IMG/VR virus record: IMGVR_UViG_3300011334_000503
Source of the DNA: an uncultured virus (IMG/VR IMGVR_UViG_3300011334_000503)
Lineage: Duplodnaviria > Heunggongvirae > Uroviricota > Caudoviricetes
Length of the DNA stretch: 64,000 bases
Strand: one strand, 5' to 3'
Made by a program: the position numbers and the translations under genes. This document shows positions 15,621 through 25,445 of the stretch, in pieces. Numbering within the stretch: the stretch's first letter is position 1; each line of letters starts with the position of its first letter. The notes under the pieces were generated by a model. The model was not told where the DNA came from and made no database searches. It saw only the letters and a program-made list of their open reading frames with translations.

Positions 15621-17270
15621 TTACGCTTCGCATGATACGCAATTCAGTATATCTCTAGTGAAAGCTTGCGCTGCATTTACTGAGTACTGATAATATAATG
15701 CTTTGATTCCAAGTTCTTCCGCTTCTAATATAAGAGCGTTTACGTCTTTGGTAGGAATAGAAGGATGCACCATCAAGTTAAGAGACTGACCCTGATCGAT
15801 ATACTTTTGACGCTGAGAAGCTTGAATGATAACTTCGCGTTGAGAGATTTCTGCGAATGTCTTAAACACAAGCTTTTCGTGATCGCTCAAGAAATCCAAG
15901 TGCTGTACGCTTCCTGCGTTCATAAGAATGCTGTTCCATACGTCTTGAGTGTTCTTTCCTTTCTCTTCAAGTATCTTTTCTAGGTGAGCGTTCTTTACCG
16001 TAAACTTGATCTTAGCGAGATCTTTTATGTAGTAGTTTGCTTTTGCTGGTTCGTTAGACTCTGAAACTTGACCCAAGATAAAAGCTGAGGACTTTGTTGG
16101 TGCGTCTGCGTTTAAGGTAGTGTTTCTTCTTCCGTATCCCTTAAGCATTTCAGGTTCTCCAAATATTTCTGCAAGTTCAGCGGATGCTTTGTAAGATTCT
16201 TCTTTTATGAATTTGGCGATCTTTACGTTATATAGTTTTGCTTCCAGGGATTCGAAAGCAATCATTTTGCTTTGCAAGTAACTGTGCCATCCTAATCTAC
16301 CAAGACCTAAAGCTCTGTGCTTTTTTGCAAAAGTTACAGCTCTTTCCATGAATTTTATTTCAGAAGCCTTTTCGATAAACTCTTCCATCACAGTATCTAA
16401 GAAGTAAACCATCAGCTTAACTGCATCTGTTTCGTACCACTCATCGAAGTGTAGTAGATTCATAGAAGACAAACAACACACGAAAGACTCGTCTTCGTTA
16501 GAAGGCAGCATAATCTCTGAACATAGATTAGACGCGTAGATTTTTCTGTTCTTGTCTTTGTATACGTCTACAGTGTTATTGTTGGCATTGTCCGTAAACT
16601 GAATGTAAGGATATCCGAACTCTGCTCTGATCTGAAGTACTTTTGCCCATACTTTTCTTTTTTGAGCATCGCCTTCTTTCATCTCTTTTAGCCATTGACT
16701 TGGAACACATACTCCAAAAGATAGATCTTGAATTGGACTTCCTTCGCCCCTAATGGTTAAGAATTCCATGATGTCTTCGTGGTCAATATCCAAGTAAGCA
16801 GCAAAGTTACCTCTTCTTGTTTTTCCTTGACTCACTACTGTTATCAACTTATCGAAAAGTTGCATCTGATGAACAGATCCTGCAGATTGACCGTTATCTT
16901 TTATCTCAGATCCTCTTGGTCTTAGCTTTCCAAAATAAGCAGAAGTTCCTCCACCCATCTTAGTCATCATTCCAACTTCAGCTATATTGTGTAGGATGCT
17001 TTCCATGTTATCGTCTACGAAAGATCCGAAGCACGAAATTGGAAGTCCGCGATTAGTTCCATAGTTTGTCCATACAGGCGTAGACAGACTATACCAACCT
17101 TTTTGAATGTTTTCTTTGAATCGCTTTCCAAAATCTTTTATTCCAAGCCTTCTTTCTGCTTCAGCACATATAATATCAACCCTCTCATCTAAGGTTTGTC
17201 CAGCTAGTAAATAGTCTCTTTGTAAAAAAGTTTCGCTTTCTGGAGTTAACCACCTGTATTTGTTTTCCAT
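15621..17270 (-). CDS. nrdA: ribonucleotide reductase class I alpha subunit (short, no ATP cone)
   Basis: PISCF, MGGGTS, SNLCSEI, FVCCLSS, LGLG, APT, DQGQSLN, LYY, C-terminal CVSCE. Confidence 0.95.
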   Translation of the reverse strand: MENKYRWLTPESETFLQRDYLLAGQTLDERVDIICAEAERRLGIKDFGKRFKENIQKGWYSLSTPVWTNYGTNRGLPISCFGSFVDDNMESILHNIAEVGMMTKMGGGTSAYFGKLRPRGSEIKDNGQSAGSVHQMQLFDKLITVVSQGKTRRGNFAAYLDIDHEDIMEFLTIRGEGSPIQDLSFGVCVPSQWLKEMKEGDAQKRKVWAKVLQIRAEFGYPYIQFTDNANNNTVDVYKDKNRKIYASNLCSEIMLPSNEDESFVCCLSSMNLLHFDEWYETDAVKLMVYFLDTVMEEFIEKASEIKFMERAVTFAKKHRALGLGRLGWHSYLQSKMIAFESLEAKLYNVKIAKFIKEESYKASAELAEIFGEPEMLKGYGRRNTTLNADAPTKSSAFILGQVSESNEPAKANYYIKDLAKIKFTVKNAHLEKILEEKGKNTQDVWNSILMNAGSVQHLDFLSDHEKLVFKTFAEISQREVIIQASQRQKYIDQGQSLNLMVHPSIPTKDVNALILEAEELGIKALYYQYSVNAAQAFTRDILNCVSCEA

Positions 17271-17274
17271 TGTC

Positions 17275-18249
17275 TTAGAATAAATCGTTTTCTGTTATGC
17301 TTTTTGTTTTCTTTGAATATGATACTGGTTTTTTGTTGAAGAAGTCTGTGTTTACTTCAGCGTAAATTTCTTCATCGAACCATTGTAATTGTTTTACTAG
17401 CTCTTCGTCTATTTCAAATATCTTTTCTCCACCGATCATCTCTAGAGAAATATTAAACCTAGTTTTTATGTACTCTTTTATTACATCTTTTGGAATAAAA
17501 TCTACTTCACCGTCTTGAAAAATCCAATCGATAATTTGACTCTCTGCTTCGTTAGCTTTTTTACAAGCTCTGTATATTTTTGCGTAGAACTCTTCGTTAA
17601 ACCAATCTGGGTGTTCTTTCTTTACTTGATTAATGATGTAAGTTCCAAGCAAAGCATGAATCGCTTCTTCTTTTTGAGTGGCTTGTACAACGTTATCTAT
17701 ATCTTTAAGAACGTTCTTGTGCTTGTTAAATGCTTTAATAACTGCGAACTGACTGAATAGACTTACGTTTTCAATGAATAAAGAAAATAGAGCTAGAGTT
17801 AGCGTATAGTTTTCATTTGTGTTATCTGATGCGCCTTTTAGATACTTTGTTAAATAGTCTACACGACCTTGTATTACTGGCTCTTGCAAAAGAAGTTCAA
17901 AATCTCCATTAAGGTTAAGTACTTCTAACAAGTGAGAATAAGCTCTTTCATGACGCACCTCAGACTCAGCAAATGTTGCACCAACAGCATTAAATTCTGG
18001 TTTAGGAAATCTATCATAGAGTTTTCCCCAGAATGCTTTTACGCTTACTTCTATTTGAGAGATAGCTAGCAATGTATTTTTTACAGCATTTTTCTCTTTT
18101 GCGTCAAGCTTTGTATGAAAGTCATGGATATCGCTTTGAAAATTCCACTCTGTGTGAATCCAATAACTATGATTGATAGCATCGACATAACTAAGTACTT
18201 CAGGGTACTCAAATGGCTTAAAATTGACTCTCTTATTAAAAATACTCAT
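17275..18249 (-). CDS. nrdB: ribonucleotide reductase class I beta subunit
   Basis: SEVRHERAYS, ENVSLFSQF, EEAIHA, DFF...Y tail. Confidence 0.95.
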   Translation of the reverse strand: MSIFNKRVNFKPFEYPEVLSYVDAINHSYWIHTEWNFQSDIHDFHTKLDAKEKNAVKNTLLAISQIEVSVKAFWGKLYDRFPKPEFNAVGATFAESEVRHERAYSHLLEVLNLNGDFELLLQEPVIQGRVDYLTKYLKGASDNTNENYTLTLALFSLFIENVSLFSQFAVIKAFNKHKNVLKDIDNVVQATQKEEAIHALLGTYIINQVKKEHPDWFNEEFYAKIYRACKKANEAESQIIDWIFQDGEVDFIPKDVIKEYIKTRFNISLEMIGGEKIFEIDEELVKQLQWFDEEIYAEVNTDFFNKKPVSYSKKTKSITENDLF

Positions 18250-18317
18250 TTTTTACAAAAAATTTTACCTTGAAACTTTTTAGTTTCAAAAATTTGTTAA
18301 CATTAAATTTGTTTTGT

Positions 18318-18539
18318 TTATCTAATACCAGGAGTGGTGCTATTACCAGAAGTAGTTTGCACAAGAGTGGTATTATTCTTATTGATAGAATTCATTTTTT
18401 GAGTAGTCAACTTTGCGTATTGATTATTACCCAAAGAATTTAACTTTGCGATACCATCGTTATATTCATTAGGATTGTCTATCGCTCTGAACATATCTCC
18501 TTTTTTGGATTTTTTGAATATATCTAATAAGAAATTCAT
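18318..18539 (-). CDS. hypothetical protein
   Basis: 73 aa ORF preceded by the ATATTTAT motif. Confidence 0.6.
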   Translation of the reverse strand: MNFLLDIFKKSKKGDMFRAIDNPNEYNDGIAKLNSLGNNQYAKLTTQKMNSINKNNTTLVQTTSGNSTTPGIR

Positions 18540-18581
18540 AGTTTTGATTTTGTATCAATAAATATCCGTTTCATGCGGATT

Positions 18582-19955
18582 TTATAGTCCAAGCTCAAAG
18601 AACTTTGACTTTAAATACTGTTTTTCGTCAGTAGAAAAATTAGACTTATTCACTGGCTTCATCTGATCTGATGCGTTGGATAATTCTTCGTCTCCAAGTT
18701 CTGAATTATCTATGATGATGTTACCGTTTGAAGTATTAATTTTTGCTCCATAAGTCATACCATCTTGTCCGAACCTATTTTTCATGATGTGCATCCTTGC
18801 GGTACCAGTTGCCTTATCTTTTCTTTTTCTAGACCAAGACATAATAAAGTCAGCGATCATAATCTTACCGTAAGATCCTGCTGCTTTATCTCCCTCAATC
18901 ACATCATCATTCGCTCCTGCTCTGTTTACTTGAGATACGGTCCATACTGGAAGTTTAACTTGTCTTGCCATACCTTTTGTAGCAGTATACACATCATCTA
19001 TCTCATCTCTTCTTTCAGCAGATCTACTTTTAGACTTTAGAAGATCTACGTAATCTATAATAATAAGATCTGGGGCTTTTCCTAAAGTTACACATTTTTG
19101 TATATGACCTTCGATAGTAGAAATTGTAGTTTTTCCCATTGGATACTCTTTAACAGTAAGCTTTCCTGGAAGATTTGCGATAGCTGCTTCGATTTGCGGT
19201 CTGTGAAGGTGAATCTGTTGAAAATCGATTCCTGTAAAGATAGAATCGTACCTTTTACCTACGTATTCTTGAGAAAGCTCTAGCGTATAGTGATTAACGT
19301 TATATCCTTGTTTTACTGCTTCAGCTCCGAGATTGATTAAGATCCATGATTTACCGGCTCCTGGACTACCAAATACGATACCAAAATCTCCTGCGCCTAA
19401 TCCACCCATCAACAATTCGTTAACATTAGGCCAAGGTGTTTTCATTGGTCTTCTGTCTTCATTACGATACCTACTTTCGATATCTTTTTCGTACTCTAGT
19501 CCAATCAATTTATCTTGACCAGCTTTTAGAGCCTTATCGATAATGGTTCTGATGTCATCGTACTGGCTTTTACCTAAAAGATCTACTGATGTTAGCAATG
19601 CTTTCTTAAGTTGTTGATTCTTACAGAAGTTACTGAACTCTTCTTCAACGTAATTTCTATCGTCATTGGAGCTCTTTAGGGCTTCTCTGAGCTGCTCTGC
19701 TACGCTTACCTTTAGTACTTCATTGTCCATCTTTTTAACCTCGATGGATAAGTACTCAGGAGTTGGAGTAGTGTGATACTTATTGTAATACTTGATAGTT
19801 TCTGTAATTACCCACTTGTGACTTGGATTATCAAACTCCTCAGGATCTAAAACGTCTATGATATTCTGTAAGAACTCTTTGTGCTTGATTAGACTAGAAA
19901 TAACCTTGATTTGAAAACCATTTCCATAACTGTTTAACGTGTTTAAAACACTCAT
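18582..19955 (-). CDS. replicative DNA helicase (DnaB/T4 gp41-like)
   Basis: GSPGAGKS, YTLEL, IIIDYVDLL, VSQVNR, KNRFG. Confidence 0.93.
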   Translation of the reverse strand: MSVLNTLNSYGNGFQIKVISSLIKHKEFLQNIIDVLDPEEFDNPSHKWVITETIKYYNKYHTTPTPEYLSIEVKKMDNEVLKVSVAEQLREALKSSNDDRNYVEEEFSNFCKNQQLKKALLTSVDLLGKSQYDDIRTIIDKALKAGQDKLIGLEYEKDIESRYRNEDRRPMKTPWPNVNELLMGGLGAGDFGIVFGSPGAGKSWILINLGAEAVKQGYNVNHYTLELSQEYVGKRYDSIFTGIDFQQIHLHRPQIEAAIANLPGKLTVKEYPMGKTTISTIEGHIQKCVTLGKAPDLIIIDYVDLLKSKSRSAERRDEIDDVYTATKGMARQVKLPVWTVSQVNRAGANDDVIEGDKAAGSYGKIMIADFIMSWSRKRKDKATGTARMHIMKNRFGQDGMTYGAKINTSNGNIIIDNSELGDEELSNASDQMKPVNKSNFSTDEKQYLKSKFFELGL

Positions 19956-19961
19956 AACTTT

Positions 19962-20999
19962 TTATTTATATTTTGATAGATTGTGAAAATTAGTAAAAAT
20001 CCAGTTTTGTAAGTTGCTTATCGCTCCACCTAAACCGTCTTCATCGTACATCTTCATGAACTCTTTAGATTCTAACACTTTACGAGGATTATCAATCATT
20101 GCGTGTATGTCTGCTAAAGAATCTTCAGGTATGTTTGGATTTCTTAGGTCCATCAACTTTTCGTTTATCCTTAGTTGGTATTCGTAATTCTTTATACTCA
20201 CAAAATGCTTTCCCTCTGTCTTTTTTGCTTTGTCTATGATTTCGTCTAGCGTAATTACTTCGTCGTCTTTTAATTCAGGGTACATTTTAGCAAGAGTCTT
20301 CTGACCTATACCTTTAACTCCTGGAACATTATCGCCATTATCACCAAGTAGTACCTTTTGCATTAAGAAGTTATTGGCGGATGAATCGTACTCTTTTATT
20401 ATTGTCTTTTCGTCGTAAAACTTTTTCTTTGTAGGCGAATATACAGAAATTCTTTGATTTACAAGCTGTAAATAGTCTCGGTCGCTTGATACTATCGTAA
20501 CATTTCCTTCTAACTTAGTAGCAATATACCCTATAACGTCATCTGCTTCTATTTTGTCTACTGATAAAAGATCTACTGGTAAACATTTTAAGTAGTCTAC
20601 CAATCTCGTTAATTGGCTAGTAATAGCTTCGGACTCTTCTTGTTGATTATCAAAAAGATCCCAATTGGTTACTCTTCTAATTCCTCGATTTGCTTTGTAT
20701 TCTGGATAAAGGTATCTTTTGTTTGTTGATCCACCTTTACCATCAAAGACTAGGATAACCCTGGTGGGTCTAACTAGATTAATCGTATATGATAACGATC
20801 TTAAAAATCCAGTTAGACCTCCAATGTGATTACCTGAAGGATTAAGATGTTTGATAACAGTAAAAGATCTTAAGAAGCTATTTAACGAATCCACTATTAG
20901 GACTCTATCGTTCACTGCTAGTTCTTTCTCTTGCACAACTTCTTTTATTGACTCTTTATTGCCTAAAGAATCAAATAGCTTTTTCTGTTCTGGTGTCAT
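19962..20999 (-). CDS. 5'-3' exonuclease (FEN/T4 RNase H-like)
   Basis: VFDG, YPEYKANR, EADDVIG, SSDRDYLQL, GDNGDNVPGVKGIG. Confidence 0.93.
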   Translation of the reverse strand: MTPEQKKLFDSLGNKESIKEVVQEKELAVNDRVLIVDSLNSFLRSFTVIKHLNPSGNHIGGLTGFLRSLSYTINLVRPTRVILVFDGKGGSTNKRYLYPEYKANRGIRRVTNWDLFDNQQEESEAITSQLTRLVDYLKCLPVDLLSVDKIEADDVIGYIATKLEGNVTIVSSDRDYLQLVNQRISVYSPTKKKFYDEKTIIKEYDSSANNFLMQKVLLGDNGDNVPGVKGIGQKTLAKMYPELKDDEVITLDEIIDKAKKTEGKHFVSIKNYEYQLRINEKLMDLRNPNIPEDSLADIHAMIDNPRKVLESKEFMKMYDEDGLGGAISNLQNWIFTNFHNLSKYK

Positions 21000-21000
21000 A

Positions 21001-22074
21001 TTAATCTTCTTTGTCGAAAATGTCTGTGTTAGATGTAGAATCTTCTACTTCTACTACGTCAAATGTTGTACTACCTAAAATCTTGCTCCATTCTGCGCTG
21101 TGAGCTTTCTTGTATTTTTCAAGTTCGTTTGGAGTGTCTTTGATGAATCCATGAACAGTCATGATAACTTTGCTAACTGCTGTAACTCCTGTGATGTGAT
21201 TCTTATCGCAACTGACTTTGGTTCTTTTAGCGAACTCTACTTCCTTACCGTTTTTTGTAGCCTTGATCTTGTTTGTGCCAGAGCTTATGATATTACCGAA
21301 TGTGATAACCATAGAAGAATCAAAGTACATTGTGTTTCCACCTTTGTTATTCATTTTTGGTTGACTCATAATAGTTTCAGGTTTGGCTACCCAAATCTTA
21401 TTAATTGCTACTAAAGTATTTGTATAAGGTTGGCTTTCCTTCCTTGAAAGGATGATTCTCTGATTGATAAAATTACCAAACTGTTGAGACATTGCTCCTG
21501 CGTTCCACTCGTTGTTATTGCTTGACTTTTCGATACTCATTTTACAAGGAATTGATCCTACTGAGTCCCAAAAGAAACAAAGATCGAATGGAAGGTTACC
21601 TTTCTTCTGTTCGTCTAAGATGTCTGCAATGAATGCCGCTACATCTTCGATACAGTTTAGCTTTTCTCTATCGATAAAGATAAAGTTGCCTTTGTAATCG
21701 TGTACTACTCCGTCTGAATCCGATACTTCTTCGTAATGAAGTCCCATCTGCCTTGCGTGTTCCCAACTCCACTTCATCTCTGTGATAATAAAGACTGGGA
21801 GTATTCCCATCTTCTGGCAGGAAACTGCCGCCTCGAGTAAGGCGGTAGTTTTTCCTGTGTCAGAATGTCCTCTAAGTAGAGTGATGTGTCCAATAGGAAT
21901 ACCAGGCACTTGTAAACCATCACTAAAAGCTTCAGAAAGCGGAATCCATCTTTGATCTTTGAATTTTACAGAGGTAGAAGATAGATTTTTTGATTTCTTA
22001 AAGTTGTCTAGGTTGAAGTTTGAGTTAATCGCGCTAGACAGCTTCGCGTTTAAACTTTCGCTCGCTTTTGCCAT
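21001..22074 (-). CDS. RecA/UvsX-like recombinase
   Basis: GHSDTGKTT Walker A, FIITE, WDSVGS, KGGN. Confidence 0.85.
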   Translation of the reverse strand: MAKASESLNAKLSSAINSNFNLDNFKKSKNLSSTSVKFKDQRWIPLSEAFSDGLQVPGIPIGHITLLRGHSDTGKTTALLEAAVSCQKMGILPVFIITEMKWSWEHARQMGLHYEEVSDSDGVVHDYKGNFIFIDREKLNCIEDVAAFIADILDEQKKGNLPFDLCFFWDSVGSIPCKMSIEKSSNNNEWNAGAMSQQFGNFINQRIILSRKESQPYTNTLVAINKIWVAKPETIMSQPKMNNKGGNTMYFDSSMVITFGNIISSGTNKIKATKNGKEVEFAKRTKVSCDKNHITGVTAVSKVIMTVHGFIKDTPNELEKYKKAHSAEWSKILGSTTFDVVEVEDSTSNTDIFDKED

Positions 22075-22086
22075 GTTGTTGGTTTA

Positions 22087-22905
22087 TTAGAATGAGAACA
22101 AATCGTCGATCTTAGAATCTAGATCAGACTTCTTGGTGCTTAAAGTAAAGCTTTTTGGAGCTTCTTCAGCAGCTGGTTTTTCCCAAGGTAGATCTCCTTC
22201 TGGAGCTTTGGTTTGCACAGAGTCCGCTTGTTCCTTAATCTCCTCTTCTGGATTCAAGTAAGTCAATAGCGCTGTTTTCATTTCATCGTATGAGAACTTC
22301 TTGAAAAGCTCCATAGGATTCGGTTGAGTGTTCAGCCATACTTTAACTTGCTCAGCGTTGTCAGAAAGAGGCGTGATTTTGGTTCTGATACGTACAGTTG
22401 ATGTGTTGTACATAAGACCTGTAGTTTCTTTACCTTGAGTTTCGACTGTGAGATCACGGCCTTCGATAGGATCTGTAAAATCTCCTACGTCTTCGTCTTC
22501 TGCGATTGCGAGAAGATCCATGTAAACTTGCTTACCAAATTCCCAAAGACGAACGCCTTTGTCCTCTTCTCCTCGAACGATTACAGGCACAAATACCCTC
22601 ATCTTTGGTTCAAGCTTCTTAGCTAGCTGCCAATTGTCTTTCTCCGAGGATTGACGAAGCTTTTTGGTAAATTCCAAAATTGGATCTGCTTCTGACCAGT
22701 TAGATAGCGCTGGCATCATACGATTTGAGATCTCGTAGTACACATACATCTCTTTGAATGGATTCGATCTGTCGTAAGCAGAAGGAACGATCCTTACAGA
22801 ATGTTTGCCGATACCTGGCCTCCAAATGGTTTGGGATTTTTCTTTGCTCTGGCCTTTGGGATTTTGAAGAGTGGCCAGCCTCTTCTTTAAGAGACTTATA
22901 TCCAT
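22087..22905 (-). CDS. single-stranded DNA-binding protein (gp32-like)
   Basis: VRIVP, DPILEF, VRLWEFGKQVY, DPIEGRDL and an acidic C-terminal tail. Confidence 0.8.
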   Translation of the reverse strand: MDISLLKKRLATLQNPKGQSKEKSQTIWRPGIGKHSVRIVPSAYDRSNPFKEMYVYYEISNRMMPALSNWSEADPILEFTKKLRQSSEKDNWQLAKKLEPKMRVFVPVIVRGEEDKGVRLWEFGKQVYMDLLAIAEDEDVGDFTDPIEGRDLTVETQGKETTGLMYNTSTVRIRTKITPLSDNAEQVKVWLNTQPNPMELFKKFSYDEMKTALLTYLNPEEEIKEQADSVQTKAPEGDLPWEKPAAEEAPKSFTLSTKKSDLDSKIDDLFSF

Positions 22906-22921
22906 ATTATAACTGTTTAGA

Positions 22922-22929
22922 CAAAACTA
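22922..22929 (-). promoter_or_regulatory. Bacteroidota-type -7 promoter box (TAGTTTTG)
   Basis: Matches TAnnTTTG about 17 nt upstream of the SSB start. Confidence 0.55.
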
Positions 22930-22959
22930 ATGATTCTTTTCGAAAGAATACAATTTATT

Positions 22960-23391
22960 TTACAAGTTCACTATTTTGTGAATTGCGGTGTTGAGCTTCC
23001 TCAAGCTTCCGTCGGGCTGTGTAAGAAGCACCGAATTTTTATACTCTTGCCACTCGATTTGATAAGAGTTATCTAACACACCACCGTTTTTAGATTTGAT
23101 GATCGCGTTTAACGCATTGATTGTGTAAAGTGTGTTAGTTTCTTTTTTACGGTGAAGCAGTATCGTATTAGGCAATATTTTTGTGGTAGGTCCTTCTACT
23201 TCAATATTATAAGTGCACAAGTACTCATCAGATTCTGGTGAAGCTAATACAAATATTTTGTTATAGAGTATTTTGTACTCTCTTATAATTTCAGCAAGTT
23301 TGTTGTCAAGTTCTTCCTTTTTAGAAAAACTGCAGAATAATCGATTCATTAGCGAATCTTGGGTTAAGTTTATAATCTTAAAATCTTCCAT
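22960..23391 (-). CDS. hypothetical phage protein
   Basis: 143 aa ORF (HRKKETNTLYTINALN), preceded by ATATTTAT. Confidence 0.7.
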   Translation of the reverse strand: MEDFKIINLTQDSLMNRLFCSFSKKEELDNKLAEIIREYKILYNKIFVLASPESDEYLCTYNIEVEGPTTKILPNTILLHRKKETNTLYTINALNAIIKSKNGGVLDNSYQIEWQEYKNSVLLTQPDGSLRKLNTAIHKIVNL

Positions 23392-23416
23392 AACTAATTA
23401 GCTATTATAAATATGA

Positions 23417-24724
23417 TTAATAAGTGGTAAAAGAATAATCTTTTCCATGAGTGTGTTTTGTAGGAAATCCGTCCTCTTCTAATATATTTTTTATACCTAA
23501 AAGAGTGTCTTTTCCGTCTTGTATAGAAAAATCAAACGTAAATGCGTCGTAAGTAATTAAAATAAGTTGAGTTTTCTTATGTAATAAATATCGCTTAATT
23601 TTCTCAATCTTCTCAACATTTGTTTTAGTTTCTAGGTTCTGAAGAGTATAATTAAATAGTTTGTACTTTGTTATAGAGCTGTGTTTTTTTACTATTCTGC
23701 CTGTAGGTAATACGTAAGATGACTGAACTTTATACTTTTTGAACTCGGCTTCTATGAAATTATGCATAGATGAAAAGAATTCTATGTGTTTGTATTGTTC
23801 TTCTACTCCACCATAAAGCTGTCTAAAAGTGATAGTCTTTGCTTGCTTGTATTCCTCCTCGGTAACTTCGTTTTCTGGCTTATTGTAGTATTGACTCGCT
23901 AGCATTTTATGAGTCGGTTCTGAGTTTGGCTGCGTTTCACTTACTAGTTTGGCAATTAGTCTCAAGTGATAAGAGTCAAAATCAAAGTCCACTAAGAAAT
24001 CATTTTTAGGAACAAAGCATGATCTATAGTCTCCGTCTTTTGGTATTGCTAAGAAGTTTACTCCAGAAAAAGAGTTTGTTGGTCTTCCTGTCAGATTGTA
24101 CAAGTTATAGTAAGAATACGCAATGCCTTCCCTAACTAATCTAGAGCTGTTTGAGAGTCCGTATACTTTTCTAAGTTGTTCTTCTTTGACGCCTATTCCG
24201 TTGCTCTCAACGTACTGGTATGCATCTAGGATACGCTTGTTGTAAGTCTGATCTACTTCTAATCCAATTAGGTACTTTATTTGATCGTAAAAGCACTCAC
24301 ATTTCTCATAATGCTTAGATATCGGTACAATTTTATCAGGATTTTCGATTCCTTTTTGGTAAATATGTCTGTGAAACTGAGTATCGCAGTTATATTCCTT
24401 AACATCATTGTTAGAATCTAACATTACTAAGTTAAGATCTACTACGTTTTTTAGATCTAAGTGGTAAGAGTGAAACTTAGCATCTATAACGTAGATCTTA
24501 GTGTGAGTACTTAAAAACTCTACAACTTCAGATATAGATAAAGAAAAACTTTCAGAGTGGTCTATTGCAAATATATATCCTTTCTCACCATTGTTATAGT
24601 ATACTAGAGAAGGCTTAGAAAGTTTTGGGTGATAAGAGCTATCAGATACAATAAGCTGTACAAAAGCTGTGTCGCTTCTTTCCAACCTAGATAACTGTTC
24701 CCTTTTTTCTATTATATAATACAT
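23417..24724 (-). CDS. divergent family A DNA polymerase-like protein
   Basis: TGRPTN, DFDFDSYHLRL (motif A), AKTITFRQLYG (motif B), LITYDAF (motif C). Confidence 0.75.
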   Translation of the reverse strand: MYYIIEKREQLSRLERSDTAFVQLIVSDSSYHPKLSKPSLVYYNNGEKGYIFAIDHSESFSLSISEVVEFLSTHTKIYVIDAKFHSYHLDLKNVVDLNLVMLDSNNDVKEYNCDTQFHRHIYQKGIENPDKIVPISKHYEKCECFYDQIKYLIGLEVDQTYNKRILDAYQYVESNGIGVKEEQLRKVYGLSNSSRLVREGIAYSYYNLYNLTGRPTNSFSGVNFLAIPKDGDYRSCFVPKNDFLVDFDFDSYHLRLIAKLVSETQPNSEPTHKMLASQYYNKPENEVTEEEYKQAKTITFRQLYGGVEEQYKHIEFFSSMHNFIEAEFKKYKVQSSYVLPTGRIVKKHSSITKYKLFNYTLQNLETKTNVEKIEKIKRYLLHKKTQLILITYDAFTFDFSIQDGKDTLLGIKNILEEDGFPTKHTHGKDYSFTTY

Positions 24725-24742
24725 TTAAAACCTTTATTGATA

Positions 24743-24750
24743 CAAATATA
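24743..24750 (-). promoter_or_regulatory. Bacteroidota-type -7 promoter box (TATATTTG)
   Basis: TAnnTTTG about 19 nt upstream of ATG 24724. Confidence 0.6.
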
Positions 24751-24782
24751 TCAAAAAGAATTCGTTGTATTGTTATAGATCT

Positions 24783-25427
24783 TTATAGTGCAGAAGGTCT
24801 TGAAAATTTGGAGTAATCTCCCCCTATAAAATCGGTAATACCAAGAAAGGTTTTGTTTGCATTCTCTACTAATCTTTTGTTCGTATCTATAATTCCAGCT
24901 CTCACATCGTATTGACCTACTCTTGTTGAGTTTAGCGGACCTGTTAGTTTCCACATGATTTGATACGTTAAATAATAGGAAACATCATAGTCTACGGTAC
25001 CGTTTTGAAAGTTATCATATTCTTCGTCTGATATCTCGGTAATAAACCCTTGATCATTTACTTTTTTTATAAATGATCTCATGATATATCCCTTTTTGTA
25101 ATCAGATTCAGTAGGAATTGGAAAATATGGAGTTGGAGCTCCTCTTTTAGATTGGCTAGTAATTATAGTAACTCCGGTTTTTTCTGCTAATTGTTTTTTT
25201 AATGAATTGGGTAAATTTCTTTGATTAAGATACTCTGAACTGGTTCTTGTTGCAATATTAAAAAGTTCTTGATTAGTTCCTACTATAGGATTGGCTCCAG
25301 TAAAAAGTCTACCATCATAAGTAGCATAGTATTTTCCTTTATATGGTTTCCCATCAGAAGTATTGAATTGAGATCCATTTGTTATAAGATCAGTTTTTAT
25401 TCTAAATGAAGGATAGTATCTTAACAT
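24783..25427 (-). CDS. hypothetical protein, probably baseplate-associated
   Basis: 214 aa ORF at the end of the baseplate operon. Confidence 0.6.
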   Translation of the reverse strand: MLRYYPSFRIKTDLITNGSQFNTSDGKPYKGKYYATYDGRLFTGANPIVGTNQELFNIATRTSSEYLNQRNLPNSLKKQLAEKTGVTIITSQSKRGAPTPYFPIPTESDYKKGYIMRSFIKKVNDQGFITEISDEEYDNFQNGTVDYDVSYYLTYQIMWKLTGPLNSTRVGQYDVRAGIIDTNKRLVENANKTFLGITDFIGGDYSKFSRPSAL

Positions 25428-25445
25428 TTTTTATATTTTAAAATT

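Noticed and set aside
18270..18289. Inverted repeat ttgaaact-tttt-agtttcaa upstream of nrdB
   Set aside because: It is an AT-rich single instance that does not match an NrdR box; it may be a weak terminator but cannot be supported.
12752..19955. Introns or inteins in polA, nrdAB or the helicase
   Set aside because: The ORFs are uninterrupted, of ordinary size, and lack intein motifs.
24751..24954. Alternate-frame minus-strand ORFs here and at 38618..38821
   Set aside because: Both largely overlap better-supported genes and have no motif support.
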